Origin: Tetramitus jugosus
Taxonomy: Eukaryota; Protista; Heterolobosea
Reading direction: 5' to 3'
Length of the DNA: 64,000 bases
NCBI GenBank assembly: GCA_937625935.1
Contig: OW569388.1
Coordinates: 1 to 64,000, forward strand
Below, piece by piece: positions 1 to 8,258 of the stretch. The notes beneath the pieces are model-generated. The model did not search any database. It worked only from the letters and a program-made list of their open reading frames with translations, and was not told where the DNA came from. A program made the translations under genes and the position numbers. Numbering within the stretch: position 1 is the stretch's first letter; the number at the start of each line of letters is the position of its first letter.

Positions 1-745
1 CCTAACCCACAAACCCAAACCCAAACCCTAACCCAAACCCAAACCCAAACCCAAACCCAAACCCAAACCCAAACCCAAACCCAAACCCAAACCCCAAACC
101 CAAACCCAAACCCAAACCCAAACCCAAACCCAAACCCAAACCCAAACCCAAACCCAAACCCAAACCCAAACCCAAACCCAAACCCAAACCCAAACCCAAA
201 CCCAAACCCAAACCCAAACCCAAACCCAAACCCAAACCCAAACCCAAACCCAAACCCAAACCCAAACCCAAACCCAAACCCAAACCCAAACCCAAACCCA
301 AACCCAAACCCAAACCCAAACCCAAACCCAAACCCAAACCCAAACCCAAACCCAAACCCAAACCCAAACCCAAACCCAAACCCAAACCCAAACCCAAACC
401 CAAACCCAAACCCAAACCCAAACCCAAACCCAAACCCAAACCCAAACCCAAACCCAAACCCAAACCCAAACCCAAACCCAAACCCAAACCCAAACCCAAA
501 CCCAAACCCAAACCCAAACCCAAACCCAAACCCAAACCCAAACCCAAACCCAAACCCAAACCCAAACCCAAACCCAAACCCAAACCCAAACCCAAACCCA
601 AACCCAAACCCAAACCCAAACCCAAACCCAAACCCAAACCCAAACCCAAACCCAAACCCAAACCCAAACCCAAACCCAAACCCAAACCCAAACCCAAACC
701 CAAACCCAAACCCAAACCCAAACCCAAACCCAAACCCAAACCCAA
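1..745 (-). repeat. Telomeric repeat array (TTTGGG)n on minus / (CCCAAA)n on plus; chromosome left end
   Basis: Essentially uninterrupted CCCAAA hexamers from the first bases to ~745, with the C-rich strand 5' at the contig start as expected for a left telomere. A few variants lie near the tip (CCTAA at 1-5, CCCTAA at 26-31). Confidence 0.97.
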
Positions 746-1226
746 GTTAAAATCCATTTTCTCACCAAAATCACAAAATCATCTCAAAATCAATTTTTAT
801 GCAGGAATACAATGTCCACCATTGTAATCTTGTTCTTACTTCCTTGATACTTCTTACTAACACGTGTTACAACTTCCTCTCACTCAATCATTCGCTCCAT
901 GCATCTCTGCACTCGATGTCAAAACTCTCATTGTCATCCTAACAACACTCCTTCATCCATGTTGAACCTTCATCAAAGGAGTTTAAGCTCCTTCATCATT
1001 CTTTGTTATAAAGTATTTCCTGCCGTGTCCTTAGTCTTTTCCTTTCCCCTCGTTTCGGTTCAACTGGACAATGTCATTCCCAGTCGAGAATGCATTCATC
1101 AGGCTATTGTATTCACCGACTAAGCATTACAAACAATTTATGAAGGACTTCAATCTTGCAGTTCAACCGTCTCGGTCACAATGTATCTTCCTTCAGATGT
1201 TCGAACCTTTCTGATCTCAGTTCCAA

Positions 1227-1469
1227 GTTCCTCTGTAGAAATCTTTTTATGCGGAACTATCTGGTTCCTCTTAGACATGTGTTCATTTAGGCGGAACCAG
1301 CTGGTTCCACTGAAAAAGTCATATTACAGGCGGAACCAGATAGTTCCACTGACAAAGTCAAGTTTTAGGCGGAACCAGCTGGTTCCTCTGTAAAGTCGAA
1401 AATTTAGGCGGAACCAGATAGTTCCTCTGTAAAAAAGCTTTTCTAGGCCGAAATGGCTGGTTCCGCCTA
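1227..1469. repeat. Subtelomeric 39-40 bp tandem repeat with a 16-bp palindromic core GGAACCAGCTGGTTCC
   Basis: GCGGAAC..GTTCC units start at 1251, 1291, 1330, 1369 and 1408. There is a partial unit at ~1227 and a degenerate, inverted unit at 1446-1469. Confidence 0.9.
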
Positions 1470-1687
1470 TTTTTTCTCGACTCATCAGTCAATAGCTCAT
1501 AGAGATTTGGGTTTTCTGAGTTCAAAACCCAACTCCATATCACAGTTTGGGGGATAGTTCAGAATCTATAGTGAGTTTTTTCATACAAAGCTTAAGTTGA
1601 ACATTCCAGACCATAAAGAATACAAAAACAACCTTTACAACGTACAGTTGACTGTATTCAGCCAGTCTTGGCTAGCCGATATGTGAC

Positions 1688-1705
1688 AACCCAAACCCAA
1701 ACCCA
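1688..1705 (+). repeat. Interstitial telomeric seed (CCCAAA)x~2.5
   Basis: aacccaaacccaaaccca, in the same orientation as the terminal array. Confidence 0.8.
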
Positions 1706-1821
1706 TTATAATAAATCATAGATTTACTATTGTAAAGCATAGTATGAGGCTTAATAACACTCTCGGTATCAGAGAATCTATGTTCAATTCACTCTTGCAC
1801 CAATCATGACATAAAATTGAT

Positions 1822-2157
1822 GTTGGGTAAGGGTTTATAAGATGGTTGGATACATCTGACATGCATTCTCAATGAAAATAACTTCAGAACCAATAGATTA
1901 CGAACAGATATGATAATCAGGACGTAGAAATGCTCTTAGTCCTGAACAGTCAAAAAGAAAAAAGGTTGGGTAAGGGTTTATACACTGGTTGGAGGAGAAG
2001 TCAACCCTAAATGTACTTTTGACATAATTAGTTTGCGATTCAACAGAGATATAATTGAAGATTCATTGAATGACTACAGAGTCCCCTACGACCTATTCTG
2101 CAGATAAAATCAAAAAGTAAAAAAAGGTGGGATTTGGGTTTATATGCTGGTTGGAGG
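1822..2157 (+). repeat. Three dispersed copies of a G-rich telomere-like motif GTTGGGTAAGGGTTTATAnnnTGGTTGGA
   Basis: Copies at 1822-1850, 1965-1993 and 2126-2157 (variant GGTGGGATTTGGGTTTATA). Copies 2 and 3 share an upstream TCAAAAAGwAAAAA. Confidence 0.75.
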
Positions 2158-2769
2158 TCGATGCAACCGAAATCTGCTTTTCAACAGAAATCACTTGCAC
2201 TTTAGTACAGATACTATTGAAGGCAAGTTGATCCAATACATAGAATCGAAGGGCAAATATGTTAGTTTGAGGATGTATCACCCTAAAACACAGTATATAA
2301 GTCGTAATTAGTAGTCACAGATTATGATCAAGACAAAATATAGTTAACTATTGCTTGATTTCTTTGAAAAAAACCCATCGATCACATGTTGTCAATCTCA
2401 GAATGAGGTGAAAATTCCTGATCAGAATAAGGTTAGAGACAAAGAAAACAAAAAAACAACCTAAAGAAAAAGAATGTCAATCTTAGTCTATAGTAAGAGA
2501 GTAAAAACAACAAATTGAGAGTTGTAAGAGATGAGATTAACTGACAAGATTATCCAGTTCAAAATTCCTCCAAAAAAATGATTTTTACTGTATAACGCCT
2601 GCGTCTAACGCCGCAGGCAAATTGATTCCTTAGGGTTGAGTTTTACCTCAACTATTTGTTAAGACCAAACTCAACCCACTTTTTTTTTTTAGACGAAATC
2701 TTACTTCTTTTGGACTCCTCTCTCCATATATGACCATAATTCGTGGGTTTGGTTTAGGGACAAGGGAAT

Positions 2770-2789
2770 CCCAAACCCAAACCCAACCC
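2770..2789 (+). repeat. Interstitial telomeric seed (CCCAAA)x~3 at the broken end of the retrotransposon fragment
   Basis: cccaaacccaaacccaaccc directly abuts the RT-coding sequence; it translates as ...RRVGFGFG in ORF 2701..3039. Confidence 0.85.
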
Positions 2790-3838
2790 TTCTCAGCACA
2801 GCTGACACTCTTTGGTTAAGCAACCGAGTGAAAACCTTTGATAGACCGCTGAGCAGGCATATAGGGCGAAAGTTCCCTATCATCATAGGGCAGCCCTTCT
2901 TGTACGCCGGAACTATAACACACCTCTTCCATTCACACGGGAATTGCCCGGTCTCTAATATTCTATTGAAGAAAGTCATCAGCGCCTCTGCGAACTCAAC
3001 TCTATAGTCTCTTTCCTTGGTGTGTCTCAATTTGAGCATTGAATATCTTGTCCACCCCAGGTGCCTTACCGTTTCGCAGCCACTTTAAGGATTGCAGTAC
3101 CTCCTCCAACTTGAACGGGGGAAATATATCCTCCATACTCTCAGTCCTGCATCTCATCTCGTCTAGGAACGTCATGTCTGCAAATTCTTGTTCAAACACC
3201 TCCTCAAGGTAATCAGCAGCATGCTCAGCTACCTTTTCCGGGGCAGTGATCACCTTTTCTCCACTCTTGTAACTCTTGAATCTTAGACTCAGTGCCTTCT
3301 TGCCTGTGGCAGCATTGAAGAAGAATCGGGGGTCCACGAATTCTGTAGTTCTGGCTTTGTACAACCACTTGGAAAACCTCTTGTTAGCCCTACGGGCTCT
3401 TTCAACTTGTACAAGCCCATCGACAATCTTCAGTGATGCCAAAATACCTCTCAGAGTACAGTCCTCCTTGTATGCCTTGCAAACCCTCATGAGTTTCGGT
3501 GAACCGGTGTCATGGGAAGACAGCCGCTCCACTAAAACCATTCTATCCTTCAGCCAACGTCTTACTCTGCGGTTGTCAATTCCTCTCGCAATTGGTTTAC
3601 ACTTAGGAAACCTCTTTGCACTTTCCTTTAAGATCATAGTGATCCGGTCACATTGTTCATCAACATCCATTTCCGCCATGTTGATTTTATCCAGCTCCTC
3701 AATCACCTCTTTAGAGTACTCTATCCACATCTTGCTGTCCCTCTTTGGGAACTTGGGCTTTTCTTCTGTGGGCCCTTGTTCCTCCACCTTTGTCCACCAT
3801 ACCTTTACCATCGTAGGTATGTGATCACTCCTTACCCC
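2790..3838 (-). mobile_element. Truncated, frameshifted APE-type non-LTR retrotransposon (LINE) ORF2 fragment
   Basis: The APE C-terminal motif SDHIP lies in frame just upstream of 3811, followed by a linker region and RT motif 0 'GKAPGVDKI'. After a frameshift at ~3040 come 'FPCEWKRCVIVPAYKKG' and 'NFRPICLLSGLSKVFTRLLNQR' (RT motifs 1-2). No YADD is present. Confidence 0.92.
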
Positions 3839-4807
3839 ATAGCAACTCCACTGCCATCAGTGTCTGTTGTGCAGCTCAGTGCGGAGAACCGGCGAATTCT
3901 GGAGCAAGTGAATGTCACTTCTCCAGTGTTCGCCAGGGTGGAAAAGGAAATTGCTGCACGCAAAAGGTATGGTTTGACTGAGGACGAATTAGTAATTGTG
4001 GATGTGGACGACGACTCCAACAAGTGAAGAAGACACTCACAAAACAAGTCAATAAATGAGCAATCGTGCTTGCTGCGCAAGCACACATGGTTGTATGGAA
4101 AAAAATCATCTTTTTTACCGATGAGTTATGTCGGGGTCAGTGTCATCTGTTTCCATACCAATTTACTATTTCAAGGCGTTGTTTGATTTAAAAGTACTTA
4201 CCCTCGGCATGTTTGTTTTTTCAAAGCATAAGACGTATAATTAGAGGATGTTAGATAATTAGAAAAATCAAGGCAGCAAGGAAGAATTAAGTAGAAAGAC
4301 AAAGTACTACAATGTTTCCTGTGTTCATCTCTAGGTTAAATGCAATTAGACTCGAGGTACAGCGACTAAAAGAGGAAAATATCGAATCTGTTGCCAAGAA
4401 GCTCGATTTTGATGATCAATCCACTTCGTCTGATGAGTAAGGAGTGTTTATGAGGTCCCAGAAGAGGAGTGATGTGTATGCATGCGTCACACGATGTATG
4501 ATGGCTGACAAGAGCACAAAGAATAAAGAAATGAAAGTAACCCAGGTTTTAAAGTGGATCGATGACTACTTCAAAAACAAAAGAAAGATCATCGAGGACA
4601 AGGTCAAGAAACTAGAAAATGAAATTCAACAGATGAGATCTTTGTGTGATGTAGAGCTTGTATGAAGAAGCTGTCCAACTCTTGAAGATAGTCATTGAAT
4701 ACAACACCCCTCTTGTTGCTCAGTCAATCGAAGATGAAGAAAAGAAGTTGTATGAGGAAATTCAGCAAGCAATTGGAGCAAAATCCGATTAAACGGTGAT
4801 TTATAGT

Positions 4808-5000
4808 GGGAAGCCTCAGTCATTGTAGGTATTTTCATGAACAGAATTGATTTCGATTGTCTTGGTGAAGTTTGATATCGCATTCTTCTGCTGTTTGAGC
4901 TCATTGTATGAGTAACCTCTGTTTTAGTACGCACGTTCATCAGCAGGATTTCGATTGCTTTTGTGAAATCTGATATTGCTTTGTCATTCTCCATGCAGAG
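4808..5000 (-). pseudogene. TPR-repeat protein pseudogene fragment
   Basis: 'DKAISDFTKAIEI', then after a frameshift 'AY*NRGYSYNELKQQKNAISNFTKTIEIN...TYND*GF': TPR consensus with in-frame stops. Confidence 0.75.
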
Positions 5001-5619
5001 ATAATGCTGTAGACTCATACAATTTGACTGTCCGCTTGGAGAATTTTTGAATAGCTACTCAATGATTCAATATAGCTTTTGTTCCTATCTGATACGAGTA
5101 CTTTTTGTGATAATTGGTTCAAAAACTCTTACAAGATGGTCAATTCGTTTGATCTTGATGCGTTCCTCTGAAGATACCACAATGCAACAGATACCAAATG
5201 TCAGAATGTTTCTCTGGAAGTAAATTCAACGCTGATTTGAATTCGTTTACAATTCCAATCGTTCAACTTGGTTGAAACTGTGCCATAATCTCCGACTCGC
5301 TGAATACTCGTGATCCATGTTTGAAGAAGTGTTGAAACGTTTGAGAGTGTTCCAATAATTCAGAGTTCTTTCTGTGAAAGAAGACTCCACCCGTGTCACA
5401 ACAACATCTGCTGAATCACTCACTTTCTGTTTGATTCAACAAGTACGACGCGACTTTCCATTGCATCCTTTGGGATCAGACCATCATCGACTACGGGTGC
5501 CGAGAAGATTGCATTATTCACAACAACAAACGAATTCCATAATACGGGAAAAAGGCTCACCGATGACGTAAGTGGAAAAATGTGCACAAGCAACAAGGTT
5601 CCATGAAGCAAGAGATTCT

Positions 5620-6207
5620 TTACTTACAAATATCAGGTACCTTCCAGTAGGAAGGATTCAAGCTTGATGGACCCTTCAAGAAGTCGGTGAAGATCATATT
5701 AATGTAATCTCTAGATTCAATGGAAATTGGTCCAATATATGCATAACTAAATGGTTCACTTGCCATAGTTGTGTTATCAAGTACCTTGACCACCCATCTA
5801 TGTCTCTCATTTTGATCAAACCAGAACTCTGGCCATGGTGCCAATGCACTGTACGTAATCAATTTTCCAGAAGTCTCCTCATAGAAAGCATCTTGAAGGA
5901 AAGTTGGACTTGGCTGCGACTTTAATGCCTTTTTCTCACAACCAGCACTATTGAAAACGTAGAGAGTCTTCTCATCATACAATGATAAACTGTACCTTAA
6001 AACTCCACTTGAAGGGGAGAAAAACTGGTAGAATGTTCTTTTACTAATGTAATCATACTGGATGTAACCCTTTCCACCACACGAGATCGGTTGACAACTG
6101 AATTCAAAGAATGCAGACCATTGATCTGGAAGAACAGGAGTTGGAGGAGGTCTCTGAGCAAAAACAGTGACCACTGTAATCAACAACAAAACGATTGCTA
6201 TCTTCAT
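5620..6207 (-). CDS. Secreted protein, ependymin-related (EPDR)-like
   Basis: Signal peptide, 'PTPVLPDQWSA', 'YDYISKR', central 'CEKKAL' and C-terminal 'PSYWKVPDIC', a pattern typical of protist EPDR-like proteins. Confidence 0.6.
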   Translation of the reverse strand: MKIAIVLLLITVVTVFAQRPPPTPVLPDQWSAFFEFSCQPISCGGKGYIQYDYISKRTFYQFFSPSSGVLRYSLSLYDEKTLYVFNSAGCEKKALKSQPSPTFLQDAFYEETSGKLITYSALAPWPEFWFDQNERHRWVVKVLDNTTMASEPFSYAYIGPISIESRDYINMIFTDFLKGPSSLNPSYWKVPDICK

Positions 6208-6339
6208 TTGTTTTTTGTTTCGAGCTTGCTTTGCTTTTCTTCGTGCTGGGAAGAATGCATCGCACTTATTGAGATTTCGATTGTGTGTGGGATCCTAACT
6301 TGTCAAAAAATCGGAAGGGGGAGATAAAAAGTCCGCATG

Positions 6340-6780
6340 TTATCCAGAACCAATCCGTTCTGATGGTAGATCAGGTATGACAGGAAGCTCAGAAATGAAA
6401 GAATTTGACTTGACTAATCTCCTTGCCAGAAAGCTTGCTTAAGCTGATCACCCTTGAAAAAGAAGTGTGAAACGAGTTTTCTGTCACAGTCATCTTGTTC
6501 CACACTTTCTTAGGTTGTTACTGTACAACGCATCGTCTATAATAATTTCCATTTTCAGCAAATTCTGTAGCAATGAACTTGCTGTCACTGTGATCAATAC
6601 TGTAACCATAGGGCGCGATGCCATTGGGATATCTCAAACAATCCAAAACAGACACTTCTCTGAAAAAGGGTTCTTCTCCTCCAAACTTCAATCCACAGTT
6701 CTATTATACCATAATCCCTCGTACACTGTTCCACCTGCTCTTTCACTAACCTTTGAAGAGAATGTTAATTCGCCAACACC
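6340..6780 (-). pseudogene. Tyrosine-kinase-like (TKL) protein kinase pseudogene
   Basis: Manual minus-strand translation gives 'ELTFSSKVSERAGGTVYEGLWYNRTV', 'EVSVLDCLRYPNGIAPYGYSID..SKFIATEFAENG' and a degenerate 'PVI.DL'. These are kinase subdomains I-VIb broken by stops and frameshifts. Confidence 0.75.
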
Positions 6781-7303
6781 TATCTGTATCGTACTCAATT
6801 TTTGGGATCTTTCATCGTCATCAAAGTTGCTTTTATCAAAGTTGCCAGGCATCCCTTCTCTTTTTCAATCTCAGTTTGTACAGGTACAGATTAATTATTA
6901 AGATTGATTCGATGTCCCAGGTTTCACAGGCAATCCGTTCCACTGTCGTAGCTCCCTCTTGACTTGGTCAAGGCCAGTGGTCAATATGTAGACATTGTTT
7001 TGTTGGACCCGTCGGACCGACATGCACGAGGGGCGTCGAGGTCAGCATCGATGATGAATGTGATGCACACCGAGGTTCATCGCTGTCGTCAACGGCAACC
7101 TGATGGTTTTCGAAACTTTGCAGGAATCCTCTTTTATACCTACTTATCAATAACCTTGACGTTGACGTCGAAGGAACTTTTTATGTCCTCCTCCATCGAT
7201 GACGTCACGGTGTTCCCGCAACACTTTGAAGATGAAAACAAAAATCGAGATTGCACTTCATAAAACAATTCAAACAAAACCACACAAAATCAAGACCAAG
7301 TAA

Positions 7304-8011
7304 ATGAGTACCGAAACAGAAAATTCCGTATCTCCATCGCAAGATCTCACTTCAGAATTGTTCCAATTGCTCAGACAAAAACAACCTGGTACAATCAAGA
7401 AGCTAATTCTGAGGGAAGTTGAGCTGTTGTCTCAAGAAGATGATATAAGTTGCCTTGAGATTTTAGAATCGATTAGAAAAGGTGCTTCTGTTCGTGAACC
7501 AATGCTCATAATAAATCCAAGCGACTCAACCTCACTGTTGCCACCAACTATTCAGTTTTTAGAGAATACTGGAACAATTTCTAACTACTTGAATGAACAA
7601 TCCTCACAGATGAAAATCAATAGTTTGAGTATGGAATTATTAAAATATAAAAGGGAACCAAAGAGAAGTGAAGTGAAAGATGAAGATGAAGATCAGGCTT
7701 TACAACCAGAAAAGAAGAGATCAAAAGAGGTGTTTTATGTACAGGCCGTTGTGGATGATGTACGTGTGGATGATTTAGTCACCAGGAAACAACTTGCAAA
7801 CATTTCTGAAAGATGCTGCAGACAGGAAAAGTGTGATAATTACGAGAGAGAAACGAAACTAGACGCTTACGTAATTGTTAAGGACGAAACCGAGGTTAAC
7901 CGTCTTGTGCGCACTTATCCCACCATTTCAAATCAATTCAATACTAACAATTCAAAGGAATTGAAATTGTATCACAAAGCATACTTTATGTGGTGTGCTG
8001 AAGGAAATTAA
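7304..8011 (+). CDS. Hypothetical protein (235 aa)
   Basis: ATG-started ORF preceded by an A/C-rich 5' UTR like other genes here; no recognisable motif. Confidence 0.55.
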   Translation: MSTETENSVSPSQDLTSELFQLLRQKQPGTIKKLILREVELLSQEDDISCLEILESIRKGASVREPMLIINPSDSTSLLPPTIQFLENTGTISNYLNEQSSQMKINSLSMELLKYKREPKRSEVKDEDEDQALQPEKKRSKEVFYVQAVVDDVRVDDLVTRKQLANISERCCRQEKCDNYERETKLDAYVIVKDETEVNRLVRTYPTISNQFNTNNSKELKLYHKAYFMWCAEGN

Positions 8012-8258
8012 AGAACTCAAAGGCTTGACAATGAGTAAATAAATATTGTTCTGATTGTAGTAGCTGGTTGATTGCCAAAAATTTCTTTAGAAATAGTGCC
8101 TCATACTTGGGTTGGGCCTGCAAACAGCTGTAAGGTCTGTAGCTAGGATCTCGGCCGTACAAGCTGAACACTGCATTGTCAGAAACGCTATCAAAAACTC
8201 CATTCGTAAACCTTCTCATTTCAAAAGAATATAACTGCGGTGCAAGTAAGGACTTGTT

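Noticed and set aside
2-774. ORFs encoding poly-GL / poly-WV
   Set aside because: They are translation artefacts of the stop-free telomeric hexamer repeat.
1053-1102. Hammerhead-ribozyme-like CUGAUGA...hairpin...GAAA on the minus strand (second near-match at ~1455-1488)
   Set aside because: The core-to-stem II spacing is non-canonical here, the second site has GGAA instead of GAAA, and I could not build stems I and III with an NUH site. An Infernal search would settle it.
1251-1469. CRISPR-like array (palindromic repeats with spacers)
   Set aside because: The linkers are only ~21 nt and are clearly related to one another, there are no cas genes, and the context is a eukaryotic subtelomere. 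Treated as a tandem repeat.
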